From Antedon mediterranea (lineage: Eukaryota; Animalia; Echinodermata), in the NCBI RefSeq assembly GCF_964355755.1, contig NC_092680.1, forward strand, positions 14,579,045-14,643,044: a stretch of 64,000 nucleotides of DNA, read 5' to 3'. The number at the start of each line of letters is the position of its first letter. Position 1 is the stretch's first letter. The notes under the pieces were generated by a model that saw only the letters and a program-made list of their open reading frames with translations, did not search any database and was not told where the DNA came from. The position numbers were made by a program, and so were the translations under genes. Of the stretch, positions 48,301 to 62,500 are shown one piece after another.

Positions 48301-49484
48301 TATATAAATAAATAATTAAATTGTATTTATTTATTTCTTTCAGTGAAACAAAAAATGACAGAAAAAAGTCAATGAAAACTATCTCTATCTATTACTGCTT
48401 GCGCGGTAAAAATCCTAGCACCGAATATTATTTGCTGTCTGTCTAATTCGATATTTGATTGAAAATCGAAGCGTCTGATTATTTACATAAAAGTTTAAAT
48501 ATAGAACAGTAGGTGTGTTATTAAAAAAATAATGAATGTCTTGTATCCGTTGATTGAAGAGAATTCATTTTTTTATCTCTTGAAAATGTATTATTTGTAT
48601 ATTAAATAAAACTACACGTACTTACCAGTACAAGATTGTTTTCGTTTACTGTTGATATTTGTGAATTGTTATCCAAATTCGTTTTATTTTGTCTCACCAT
48701 GACTGTGATAGCAACACTAAAAATGTTCCGGAAGCTGTTGATCAACGCAGCTACAATTGTACACATTCCAATCACAATGTATCTAACTTGAACAACATTT
48801 TTCTTGCCTAATGTTGAAATCAATGACTTGTAAATCTTAATCAAAACAACTAGAATTGTATTGTTCTGATCTTTAGTATTACTATGATTAGTATTAATGG
48901 TGTACCTGTTATAATACTATTGATGTAATGATTGTTAAAAAAGGGAAAAAAGAGGGAAAATATGGCGTTTTACGTATTGTATATAATTACGGTACATGCA
49001 TTAGAAAGAAAAGACTAGTAACTTACTAGGCCTATAGTTTTTATTATTTATACACAGTAGTGGGTTTTAATAAACAATTAGTACAAGTAAAAGATATGAG
49101 AAAACAGAAAATAACGAAAAAAGTAGAACATTTATTGTACTTTATTATCATTTAGGAAAATATCGAAGATGATTGAAAGAATATAAGTGTTGATAAAAAG
49201 TGAGGAAAAAATAAAAAATCTTAAATCAAAATTTAATTCTAGTAAGTTACGATCTGTTTTAATTTATCTAAACTTGATTCAAATAAATAACTTAGATCTG
49301 TTTCGCATCGTGAATAGAGAGAAATTGTAAATTATAAAATATCGTAATAAAGGTTGAATGTAATTTCTGAACATTCTTCTTAATATCCACTACATGTATT
49401 TTATTAAGTGTACACTACAAAAATAATAAACTTACTTTTATTCAAATTATTCGCCAACAATGGTTTCAGTTCCTCTATGGCCAT
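39331..49484 (-). CDS. SLC17/sialin-like MFS anion transporter (~516 aa, 10 exons)
   Basis: Exons 49484-49436 (MAIEELKPLL...), ~48849-48626 (acceptor uncertain), 47908-47675 (FDWNEKTQQLLLSAFYYGY...GGWLAD), 47056-46969 (YPG...RWTPPEERG), 43016-42921 (GGWPLPFYFF), 42668-42538 (NPRISVQEK), 42312-42163 (WSGMLTSAPFWA), 41086-40954 (TRKLM), 40539-40298 (NVMDISPNHTG) and 39534-39331 (QWRIIF...QQEW). Splice phases are consistent. Confidence 0.88.
41187..41973 (+). mobile_element. HINE/DINE-1-like element, copy 2
   Basis: Near-identical to 31111-31913; inserted in a T-run. Confidence 0.8.
43389..44661. mobile_element. P-like non-autonomous element nested in the MULE
   Basis: 34-bp TIR CATGGATTAAAGAATAGAAGGATATGCATCGACG. 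7-bp TSD TTCACAC (43382-43388, 44662-44668). Confidence 0.85.
44739..45831. mobile_element. Merlin-like palindromic element, copy 2, nested in the MULE
   Basis: Reverse complement of 34647-35723. Flanks TAATTGGA / TAATTGGG (8-bp TSD, 1 mismatch). Confidence 0.8.
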
Positions 49485-51099
49485 TATGGAAACATAGACC
49501 TTGTGAACTTATGATCCTAAACATAAATTGCATAATTATTCAAAATATTGATAATATAGTTTATTTATTTCGGTATATAAAAACATACAAACATCAGCAC
49601 AAAGGCTAAAAACGTTGGTCAACAAATATTATATTAAAAAAAATCCAATATGTCTACATCATCAGGTTTAAGAAAAGAAAATGACATTGGAAATACTTGA
49701 AAGAGGTGAACCTAATTTAGAGAAAATTTATGTCAACCACACTTCTATTAAAACGAATGTTTCCTATGTCCACATCGTATATAAAATATCTAAAAAAATC
49801 GTATACAAATATTAACTTAAATTTTTACCTGTTGTGTTGATGCAGTAAAACAATATCGGCTTATTTCTTACAAAAGCGATGATACTGCTTGTTGCTGCAT
49901 TGCAAATATTGTTATTTAACATGTTTAATAAACGTGTTTTGTAGCTTATTACCATACGCCTTGAGTGATTATTACCAATTTTAAATGTAAATTAATATAG
50001 CCATATTTAATCGACGACACCGTGCCGTGATGACGCACGTGTACAATGTAGCACTTAAAAATTCGCAACTTATTTTGTAAGTTGGATATTTTTATAACGC
50101 GGCAAATAGAATTAAGTATCATATAGCACGGCATATATATATGAACCTAATTACTAGTAGGTATTTTATTATGCGTTATTTTGCGTTTATTTGTAGTTCA
50201 ATAACCTTTAGGCCTACACCGTCTACATCATGATATTTAGGAACATTGAAAACAAATTTAAGAAATATGCCGTACGGTATACAAATACATTAATATTGGA
50301 ATTTGAGTGACAAAAAAATAAAATATAAATATATCGTATCTGGAAAACATTATCTGGACACATATCCCCACCGATAATACCATTCTTTTTTCCAACGCGA
50401 TCCAGAGAAACTGTGATTAACATTAACATAATATTTTCTAAATTTCTGTATAAATAAATAAAACATAAATGTTCATTAATTATTGTTGTGTGACGTCAGC
50501 ATAATTACAAACAATTAACTAAATGGTTTTCCTCAAGCTGCTAGTTGGCTAAATGGTTTCTTATGTAGAAAATATTCATGCATTAATGTGGGTTTAACAC
50601 AATAGGAAAAATACGGTATTTTTAATCACACCGGACAAACTCCTATCTAAACGAGTTAATAATGTCGATGAACTTGAAAATTTGACTGAAATCAGATTAG
50701 AATTTCTTCTTCGACTTGCACAACATAAACACTTTTGAAGTCGGTGCTTCCCAGTTAATATTAAACGAATTTTTCGTGGACGCGTTTAATGAAATTTTAC
50801 TGAGCAATACAATTTCAAATATTCAATTCGATTAAATTTTATTTCAGCACTCTGGCTCAAAATGAGTCTTGCTTGTAACATATAAAAACATAATATGATA
50901 AAATGGTAACCATGGTACGACACCAAAAGGGTAAAATACAAATACAAGAAATATACATTTCATATAAAGGTTAAAACATGGCAAAGTACAATTATCATAA
51001 CAAAGTGTCATATAAATTTTGGATAAAAATATGTTTAAAATATGTTCACCTGACAAAATTTGCATTATAAAGCCAGATGGGAGAATCGACTGTTTGACG

Positions 51100-52125
51100 T
51101 TGGTCTAACAGTTTTGATTATTGTTCTGTTTTATTAATATCCTATTTAAACAGTTTAAGAAAGACTTATTATCAATTTTTGTTTTATTAATCAGTAGTAA
51201 ACATTTTGTGTAACGTAAAGATACTTGACAATTTAATGTTTGACCATCATTGTAAGCAATATCTGACTCATTCATAAATAGGAGACTCTGGACACAGATA
51301 TAAATAATGTTCTATATTGTCTATCAATTGTGCATTACAGAAGTTACAAAAATAATCTATAATTATTCCCATTTTTTCAGTAAACTGTTTGTTGGGTAAC
51401 AATTATTCAGGATTTTCCCGTTTGTAGAGAATACTCTTGGGTATTAGGAGCCTATGCATAGATTGTTCCAAATATCATCCCAATTAAATTCGTAAAATTT
51501 GAAGCGTTGTTGCCAGTACATTTGACTGCTTGGTGGTTTGAAATATTTATGTATAAGTTCATACCTTATTAATAAATTTGTTAGTGACTCTAATGTTATA
51601 AAATGATTCTTTGTGTAAAATCCAGGGGAATTAAGTACTTGGTCACAATTTTGGTTATAGTTATTTTTCCACTCTTTTGGAATTGCCTTAAAAAGCATAA
51701 AGTATTCTATAGTAAAGGATTCTTTTCTTTGCACCACTTCTTTAAGTTTTGAAAAAGACTTTTATGTTGCATCTTTATTAAAAAGATCTTTCATATAAAC
51801 AATCCCGTTCTCTATCCATTTTTTAAAATACAGTTGCCTATGTTCATATGTAATGCAAGCATTGCACCAAATGATCTCGTTTGCTGGCATACCCACTTCA
51901 ATCGTATCCTTGGGAGTTTTAAGTTAATACCAACATACCAACATACAAACACTTAACATAACATTTATTTTCTTTGCGTCTCTAAAGTTATACAGGGTTG
52001 TGATGCAGAGGAATTGAATAGAGAGACGACATATTCGGTGCAATACCTGATATTATTGACAGTGGTATGTTTTTCCATGCTGCTATTTCATCGTTAAAAA
52101 TTCTTTTAACGTTGAAAATAGAGAT
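51100..52125 (-). mobile_element. Tx1/L1-clade LINE ORF2 C-terminal fragment
   Basis: NEIIWCNACI...YFKKWIENGIVYMKDLF...YFMLFKAIPKEWK...WDDIW...CNFC...IEHYLYLC, with several stops. Confidence 0.7.
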
Positions 52126-52131
52126 AATGTA

Positions 52132-52622
52132 CCGTAAATCTTCTAATTGTAACCCTGGGTTATTATTCTTTGATTGTTTTTTTAGAGTGGGTTACTATTA
52201 GAAAGGGGGGGGGGGTTACTATTAGAGTAGTGGGTTACTATTACTAATCTTAAATTAGGCATCTGGAAATAGTAACCTACCCCCAACTTTTCCGGTCAGC
52301 AACTTATTTTATAGCAAAATAATAAAACAGTACGAATAAACAAATTTGGTTGAACTATAACTTTATTTTATAAACTCAAAAACACTCAATCCTCCCTCAC
52401 TCCCGAGATCAACATGCATTATCTCCTTATTTTCAAAATACGACTGCTGGCTGCATCATAATTTTTTGTGACTCTAATAATAGTAACCCACATGGGTTAC
52501 TATTAGAGTAGTGGGTTATTATTATAGATTGACTTATAAGGTGGGTTACTGCTATTGGAATAGGGGTTACTATATTAGAGTCCCGATTAGAGTGTGGGTT
52601 ACTATTAGAATTAGATTTACGG
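52132..52622. mobile_element. pogo/Tigger-like MITE
   Basis: TA|CCGTAAATCT ... AGATTTACGG|TA, with internal GGGTTACTATTAGA repeats in both orientations. Confidence 0.7.
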
Positions 52623-53593
52623 TAGTCATTTTAGTTGTTTTGTCTGAAGTATATTTCGGACCAGAACATCGGGTTTCGCTATGTTCAGAATGCATAAGCG
52701 TCGAAGGAGGAGTTTAGAAGGAATTTCATAAATCTGATTGGTCCGATAGAACAAGCTAACCAATCAAAACCATATTCCCATATTTAATATCAATGTAGAA
52801 GACAAACAATGCTCTCCAGTTGACTTTTTTCCGGTTAAAATCAACCTACAACTTTTGACGGTAAAGGGATTTGTGTTGAGGAAAAAACAGAATCAGGTGC
52901 GATAAAAAGTCCGATGAAAGTATTATGATTACAATTATAAATTATAATTACTGTAAAGATGAGTAAGATAGGTTGAAATTAATGCGTTTGGGAGGCCGAA
53001 GGGAGGGGGAGGGGGTGAGAGGTGTTTTGTCAGTTTTTGTTTTGAAGTTGTTATGTGATTATTAATATTGGTTATTAAAAATCATTTCTTTTTCAGGTAC
53101 TTACACTGTTTCTAGTGTAAATGTTAATCCTTTTTTATCTTTTAATATAGGCAAAATACTCTAAAATTCAAGAGTTTTGACTTCAACGCGCTTACATGGG
53201 AGATGCGGCCACAAGAACTTTGCTCTCCGAAATTATGGCACTGTTAATTAAAATATAGTAAACTTTTTTACTTAAGTTTATTAATTTAAAAACAATGTAA
53301 ATAGTTAAATAATTTAAAAAATAAAACTGAAATAAAGAATAAAAAGACTTTCCTTTTTGTAATGTAGGCGTACTTCTAGTCTGAAACATAAAACGGACGG
53401 TAAATTTCTTTGCATGGACAATAGCATGCTTTAATGGCGTTCCATACATATTGCTTTTATTGTGTTGGGGGGGGCCGATGCAATGTGGTATATGTGAATG
53501 TGGCCGACATTCGACATTTTATTGTTATCCGTTGTCGTTCGCAGTGCGATACTGTATCAATTTACTACCTTAGTGGTGTTAAATTATAGAAAT

Positions 53594-56500
53594 ATGTTTG
53601 AAGTGTTTATAATGCTTAATGGTAGAGATAAAATATTGTTAACTGTAGACGAAAAATGGACTGTCTTAGAATTAAAGAAGGCAATCGTTGCTAAACTTGG
53701 AAGTGGGCCTGCTGAGGCTAGGCCTACCCAAACCCCAAAAATTGACTCTGTAGGACCCCTGAATGAAGTGAGCCACGAGACATTCCACCTAGGCCTAGGC
53801 CTAGACTTGAATAAACACAATTCTATCAAAGTTATTTTTGCAGGAGTGGAATTACTAAATTCTTTGAATATTAAGGTATAATTTGATAGGATGATCGTAT
53901 TTATCTTGATTTTAATAAAATAATACTGTCATTAAGCCGTGCCAGGGCCTGGGTAGAAACTAGTAATAATAATATTAATAAATAACTATTGCACTCTTAA
54001 TGACGTCATCGTTTATATGCGTGTGTACGTACTGCAATTCCGTTTTGCATGCTCTTGGACATTCAAGAGATTAAGTTGTTCATTAACTGCAGGCAAATAA
54101 CTATTCACAATATTGCCGACATCATCATGTTACAATATGAATAATAACCACAGTACCAACTTTCAGTGAGAAAGGATTGAGAATAATTAATGTATTTATT
54201 TATTGTATATTTTGCCATAGAAATGGCAATTATATTTGAAAAATTGAATGTAGTAATTTTATTCAAGTGTTTTAATGCAATGTACAATATTATAACAAAG
54301 TTTTTAGTCGCGTGGAAGCGACTGTATAGTTCACTATGTCGGTCGGTCGGTCGGTCGGTCTGTCCGGTATCACTATGCGTTTTATCGCTTTCTGACCTTA
54401 TCTTGATATCAGTTTCTAGCTAAGTCAATTTTTCACTGTATATTCCTTATGGCCAGGAACTGATGTGGTTATGTTTTCACGGTGCGCAATAAAAAATTAC
54501 GCGGTCTACGCACGATTTAACGAAATCACGTTTGTAATCATATCTTCACAACTATGAATCACAATTAAATAAAATTTGGTACTCATAAATTTCAGGGCAT
54601 AATTCATCATATGGCAATACAATTACGTGCGTAGCGCATGCGTACGCGCGCTTAAAATTTTAAAAATTTATTTTTTCGATGAAATAAGAGTACGTTTCAG
54701 GCAATTATAAGCGTTTACAAAATTGCCATGAGTGCGCAGATTTTTGCGCGCGCACTGCGCGTTAAATGTTGTTGCGCACTATTTTTGCCCGATTTCTGTT
54801 TTCTTGACTTACTTTTCAACTCGAAATTACGTTATACGAGCACGTCAAAAGTGACAGGCTACGCACGTGTAAATTAAAAAAATATAACTGTTTTTAAACA
54901 TTTCAACATTTTTAAACATGTTCAGTAATTTCGGTCAGTTGGTAGGTTGGTCGGTCGGTCGGTAAACACTAAGCATGTGACTGCAGCCATCTATATGGCC
55001 TTGTTAAATACAAGTTATGTTGGATATACAGGCCGACACCTCTACCAACGCATTGTTGAACACAGTAGATGCTTAATAGGACAGCATTTAAAGGATCATA
55101 ATGTGATTGTTAATCCAAGTAAAATTAATTCATGTTTTAGTATACTTAGGAAATGCAAAAACAAATTTGACTGTCTTATCTATGAAATGTTATATATCAG
55201 ACAATTAAAACCTAGTCTGAATAAACAAAGTGACTCTTTTCTTTTTGACAGGATGCAAGACAATAGGTCTTTTCTTATTTAAACTTTGACCCTTGGCTTG
55301 TGTTATTTAATTAGTTGTTATTTTAAATTTCATTCATTGGACTTGATAATGACCCCATGATGGAGTTGTAACGTCGTTCTTTTTTAAGCGTTATTTTTAT
55401 ATTATACAATAAACGTACCCTCATTTTTAAATACAGTATCGGAAATTTTAAAGTTTAAACATTGACAGACAACCACTGGTATGTCTATATGCCTTATATT
55501 CCAGGCACACTAATGTGCATATTTCCTATTATATTTTTAACCATGGTTGTGGTAGGCTTCAGATTTAAGTAAAGTTACAGTGCATTTTTCATAAAAATTG
55601 ATTCGTTCCATTTGCATAGGACTGTGAAATCCCTGATGGAAGTATGATTCACATAGTTGTTGATGTGAAAACAGATGAAGCACAAAGGGATGACCACAAT
55701 AGACCAGCCTACTCATCACTTTTATCTAGGCTTTCAGATTTAGAAGCAGCGACATCATTTAATGAGGGTACTGTATTGTTGCTTCTGAATGCTTGTAATA
55801 CTATCAATACCATCTTTAAAGGATCTTTCACACATGTTCTTGCACGGTTCCAGTCCATGTCAATGTTTTGTTTTCATGCGTCTATGCACATATCGATTGG
55901 AACACATCCGTGGAAACAAAACATCGATGTTCGATTTGAATTGCCGATGACACAGGAACCGTGTCTGAACATGTGACCAAGTCTCCTTGGCAGTAGAATT
56001 TTTAAAGATGTACTATGATGTAGTAACTGATTTTTGCATCAATCAATTACGGTAATTGTACTACAGTAAGTTAGTATTTTACAGTATAAATGTGTTATTA
56101 TTGCAGTACCTACTACTTACCTGAGCTTGAATGTAACCCTAGCCATTAGCCCAAGCTCAATGGTCATCCTTGGTAGGCTGGTGGTTTTTAATCTTGCCCA
56201 AGAGCAAAGGTTTTTACAGCATAAGATTCTCAAATGTACAATTTCATCATATTCTGGTTAACTTTCACCCGAAAAAAGTGCTTTGAGCAACTGATGTCAA
56301 AGTATAAACACAGTTGAATTGCTGTGAGCATTTTCTACTTTTTCCAAAACTGAATCGTGTCATGTATGCGGTTTGAGAAACCATGACTAGTAGTCACTTG
56401 TTCACTATTGATAAGTACACACAGGTTCCTATTTAACTCCAAATTGTGCCTTGCGCATGGTATCCATGACTAGTTCAATCAGTTCTATTGTCGACATAAG

Positions 56501-59500
56501 CAATTGCACACTAGTTCGGTTAAGTTGCTTGAAAAGTCTTGCACAACTAAATTCACTTGAGTTGAGATGCTTTCAGTTTTTCAGGTACATAAGCCCAACA
56601 TTTTGGCATTCCTGGGCCACATTAAACTGAATAACATGTTTTTCATTTGATTTAAATCTTTCAGATTTGAGGAAGAAACCATGCTTTTATGTATTTTGTA
56701 AAGAACCATGCAGCAGAGTCACGCAGGGAAAGCTTAGAGTTTGTTGTCAGAAATGTAAACAAGGAGCATTTACAGTTTTACAGGTGCTGTAATTCTTTTA
56801 TTCAATAAACTTGCTTTTTTTGTTTTTAAATTTTATCGTATATCTTGTGGTTCTTGGGACTATACCTGAGGAAAACCTGGTTCATGGAAAATATAATAAT
56901 GCATTTCTTGTAAAAACTCATCGCTGGATAGAGAGACTGGAACTACACCCAGGGATACTGTATGCCTGTTTGTGAAATCAGATATAAAGTGGGATTAGAC
57001 CCAAAGTGGGATTATACCTGAGGATATATGGTATTTAGGCAAATTGCTAAAGATAACTATATAAACAAATTCACATTTATGTTTTTTTATATTATATTGT
57101 TTGAAACCACAATAAACTAAAACGGCATTCCAAGAGTGAATAAATAAAAAAAAACATAAAGTACATAAGATACTTTGTGTACAAAGTATCAATGTCTTAA
57201 AAGTATTTGGGAGTGATTCTTAGGAAATTGTGGCCATTTGGCTTTAATGACCTGTAGGAGTAATATTAAAAGCTACTAAAAAGAAGGCCTGTTCTGTGCC
57301 TGATTTGTTTATATATAAATATAGATAAATTCATATCACCTGGATAGAGTGCTCAATACATGGTGGTAGAGCCCAATAATATAAATAAAACAAAACGAGA
57401 TGAACAAAGAAAGATGACTTCATATTTATTCACTACAAGCTCGTTTCGTATGGCCAGCAAAGCTGGTCACATTGTTCAGATAAATTACAAAACATGGTCT
57501 TGTATTAATTCAATTCAACTTTTTTAAACTGCAGAGGGCCAGATCAACACATGGTTGTTCATCCCTGTGGCCTTGCACACATACAATGGTTGTTCATCCC
57601 TTGGGTCTTGCACACATACAATGGTTGTTCATCCCAGGGGCCTTGCACACATACAATGGTTGTTCATCCCAGGGGCCTTGCACACATACAATAGTTGTTC
57701 ATCCCAGGGGCCTTGCACACATACAATGGTTGTTCATCCCTGGGGCCTTGCACACATACAATGGTTGTTCATCCCAGGGGCCTTGCACACATACAATGGT
57801 TGTTCATCCCAGGGGCCTTGCACACATACAATGGTTGTTCATCCCTGGGGCCTTGCACACATACAATGGTTGTTCATCCCAGGGGCCTTGCACACATACA
57901 ATGGTTGTTCATCCCAGGGGCCTTGCACACATACAATGGTTGTTCATCCCAGGGGCCTTGCACACATACAATGTTTGTTCATCCCAGGGGCCTTGCACAC
58001 ACACAATGGTTGTTCATCCCTGGGGCCTTGCACACATACAATGGTTGTTCATCCCAGGGGCCTTGCACACATACAATAGTTGTTCATCCCAGGGGCCTTG
58101 CACACATACAATGGTTGTTCATCCCAGGGGCCTTGCACACATACAATGGTTGTTCATCCCAGGGGCCTTGCACACATACAATGGTTGTTCATCCCAGGGG
58201 CCTTGCACACATACAATGGTTGTTCATCCCAGGGGCCTTGCACACATACAATGGTTGTTCATCCCAGGGGCCTTGCACACATACAATTTAACAATGTTTT
58301 AACAATAATGTACAAAATATAAACATATATTTTCAACTTCACTACTTGAAGACCTTTTTGTCAAAACACAATATATTGACGTATGTTCCGTTTACACTCC
58401 TAGCTGATGCAAGATATGTTGATTGTGGCCTCTCTATATTAATATATTTAAAAAAAATTATGGCGCCCTTTATTGTTTTTGTGGTGCTTTTTAAAGTTTA
58501 CCCAATATTCAAGTTTTCCAAGTTGGGTCCTCTGTCTACCTTTCACCTAATCTAGGTCTTTCTTGATTTTAGGACGTCACATGTTGGGAAGATGTTCTAA
58601 CCCCAGGAAAGATTCAAGGATGTTGTCAATTAGATGGTTGTAATGGAGATAAATCAGTGAGTTTAAAATTGCTTAACTTTGCAATATTCCCATTTTCAGT
58701 TTTTTCTACCCTATAGTTTTGTAAAACTAAGTTGCTTAATAAATTATTGAATACAAATTATTAAACAACATTACAACAACATTTTTTGATTAGTAACTTT
58801 ATATTGAACATATTCAAACTACAGAGGTGACATTAAATTTAACAAATTAACATACACCAATTAGCATCTCAAGTAGTTGTAAAGTTGTTACTGAACTTGT
58901 TTTATACAGTGTACTGTATATTATTATTACTATTTATAGGAATTCTATTTCAAGTGTGCAAACCATCAAGGCAGTGAAGGGGGTCGCGTTCCAGCTCTAC
59001 ACTTAGTGAAAACAAACACAAGAGAAATACCATGCCTTACCTGTGATCATGTGTAGTACGTATAATGGATTCAGTATCATTAGTCATATCAATGGTATAC
59101 AAGTAATAAATGTTCATTGAATTGTGAAAATATTTCAGGAGTTGAAAAATTGACTGCTCTATTTTTAACAAGGCGGGGCTAAGTTGAAAAATTTGGGAAA
59201 AAAGTGGAAACATTGCAATCAATTTTTCATTGATATAAGTATATAATTATCTGATGTGATTATACACCTACTCTGTAAAGCCCACCCCTCTGTTATAAGC
59301 CCATCCATCTGCTTAATATCCCTCTACTCTGTTAGCCCTCTTCGTCTTTTTATTGTATTTATCTTATTTATATTCTCCTGTGCTCTGAGTTTATCACCTG
59401 AATAGCGGCTATCCTTCTCTGCTTACCTCTAGCTTAACTTTCTTAAAAGCTCAGCCTTCTCTTATAAGCTCGCCGCACTATTAAAGCCTATCCCTCTGTT

Positions 59501-62500
59501 ATAAACCCACCCCTCTGCTCTTTGACCCATTTTTTTGTAACTTACCTGCAAAATAAAATATAACTACCAAACAATTTAGTGGCTTTGTAAAAATATAAGC
59601 AAAAATATAAGCAAATATTATTCAAATATTCTTTATTCATCCTCAATCATGAAAATATACAACAACAATATATGAGAACATAAAAAAGATGAAAAGGAAA
59701 CACATAAAAACTCAAAAGAGCTTGATTAGTTGTGTCCCCCTATGTCCCTAACTAGCCTAAAAAACTAAAACATAAATAATAAAAAAAGCTAAATCCTGCA
59801 ACAAGTATTATTTTTAAAATTATTTGTAAAATGATAATAAATGTTCTTTAAACAATGATTTAAATATATATATTGATTTGGTACTTTGTAGTTCGTAATT
59901 CAAGTCATTCCACAATTTGGGTCCCACACATGACACAGTAAAACTAGTAGAAGTACGATTACGTTTTCTGAGTCTATCTATTTAGAACTTCATTTAAAAC
60001 TTTCCATGTTTGCTTTGAATCGTGTCGAGCTGCATCCAGTTTTTTGGAATAATATTGTTTTTTCCGAATTCTAATTAAATGAGTTAATTTATTTTTGTAC
60101 TTTTTATATATATTTTTAATAATTGTGTTGGGTTTTTAAGGTATTTTTTATAAAGTTTTATTTTTCTTTTTTATTGAAATCAAAATTCCTGTTGTGATCC
60201 ATGGTTTTTTCTTTGTATTACCATTTGGCTTATTACTTTTTGTAGGTATGTTATTATCTATGAGATTGGATAGTTTTTTAATAAATAGGTTATATGATGT
60301 ATTGGTATCTGTGCATAAATATAGTTCACCCCAATCCTCATTAGAAATAGCAATAAGCAAGTTATTTAATGTTGTATCATTAATTATTTTTTGTTTTGTA
60401 ATTGGAGCTTGTGTGTTAGTATTTAATGACAAGTGTGTTGTCATGAAAATGGGTAGATGATCGGTAATGTCAGTGACTATATTAAATGCCAACCAAGTTG
60501 GTTTGTGTTTCGTAAACAAATTTAGTACAATATATACTTTCAATTCACTATCGAACGATTGATTGACTATAAATATCATTTTCATATTATTGTAGTGACC
60601 CTGTACTGGTGTTTTCTTGTGAATCAAGTCACGTGATCTGCTTAGAATGCTTTAAACTATACTGCCATACAAAATTGAATGAACGTCAATTTATCCAACA
60701 CAATGAAATAGGCTACTCACTTCCTTGTCCAGGTAAGCAATAGGTAAAAACTACTGACCTCACTTGGTGTAAGACATACAGATACAGTCAGATACAAGGC
60801 ATGGAAAAACATTGTTCTGGTGAAGTATGTACAGTAATCTAAGCTCATCATCTACCTCTGTAAGGGCTTTTTTGGGGCTTCTGTTAATACTTGATAGTAG
60901 TGGAAAAATGTCCTCTAAAACCCCACTTAAATGCCTTAGTTTGCTTTGAAATATCTTATTCTGTTTTACATATCAAGTCCAACTGCAATTTAAAAATAGT
61001 GATAATAAATAGCGGACTATTCAAAAACTTTAACTTGAGTTTTCAAAGCAGTCTTAAAATAAGCAATTGAAGTTGTCTGACTGATAGAGATTCATAAACC
61101 GTTTCAAATAAAGAAAAAGCCTAAGAAAAAAAAAAAATCCAAAATAAGTAGGGACCGTTTAAAACTAGATCACAAAGACCTCTTAGGAGTATGTGGAAAA
61201 CATTGTGAAATAAAAGCCGGTGAGAGATTTGAAGATAAATAGCCACATTTTAAAATTGATTCTCTGCAACAGCCAATGAATGTTTAGAATGTGTAATGTT
61301 TATCTGTGTACAATATACCCTGATAAACAAGGGCTACTTTATTTTATATATCTATGTCTGTGTGCGATGCAGTGTGCCTGATCGTTTGTTTGAATCCGAT
61401 GCTTGTAGCAATGCTTAAATCCTTAGGCAAGACACTTCACATTTGCCTCTCTCCACCCCCAGGTGTACAAATGGGGGTACCTGATTAGGTCTGCTGATTA
61501 CTAGTTGCATTGTGGGAATATGTTTCCATTTGATCACAAAATTGACCGGGGTAATATGTTCAGCGCTTAGGTTTCACAACATATAAATTCAGGATATTAT
61601 TATTGTTAATAGTTATCTTCTTTTCTCAGTTGGCTGTGAAAATTCTCTGATAGAAGAAACACACCACTTTAGGGTTCTTGGACACGATGAGGTAAATTTC
61701 TCCTTCTTTTCAGAGGAACGTTTCTTATTACCACTTGTATTATGCATACAGTATATCCTTGCCTTGTACTCTATTCAAGAGTAAACATCTCTTCATTTTA
61801 AAACCACCTTACGATTGACAAAAGGGTGCGCTAGGTGTGAGATATTCTATTTTAACCTACCCAAAAAAGATAGGGTCATTTATATGATTGAACATATTAC
61901 GATGTATAATTTCAAAGCATGTGTAAATTTCAGATTTGCAAATTTTATGTGGTACAATGAAATGTCTGAGACGTAATTTTAAGGCGTCGTCCTGCTCTTC
62001 ATTGAGATGAAAATACGAAAGATAAATTAAAACATCTTCAATAGAAAAGGAAGTACCTTATTTCTAGTGAGATTACACATCTTCTTTGAGTGCATCAAAA
62101 CCACCTTGTCTGTGCTATGAGAATAGTTTCTTGAAACATGTCACATTTTAAGGGAGTTTGCCTATTTATCAAATGCCTCACTATAGTTATTTTAACTCCA
62201 AAAGTTTGGTAGTATCATACACGATTTATCTAACTTAAAATTGAGCAATACAATCTAATTTTTGATGATAGATAAAATGTAAAACATACATTTAATTGGA
62301 AATATGGAAAAATATAAGCCACCTGGTTGCAATAAATTTCATCCCACCTGACCTAATATTTTATATTGTCCCACAGTACAATAAATACCAGTCATTTGCC
62401 ACCGAAGAGTGTGTACTGCAAAATGGAGGTGTATTGTGCCCCGCTCCAGGGTGCGGCTCTGCAATATTTGTAGATGAAGATATTCGAAGACTTAAATGTA

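Noticed and set aside
57555-58322. Long ORFs (174-238 aa) in three frames
   Set aside because: An artefact of a mostly stop-free 35-bp tandem repeat inside a parkin intron.
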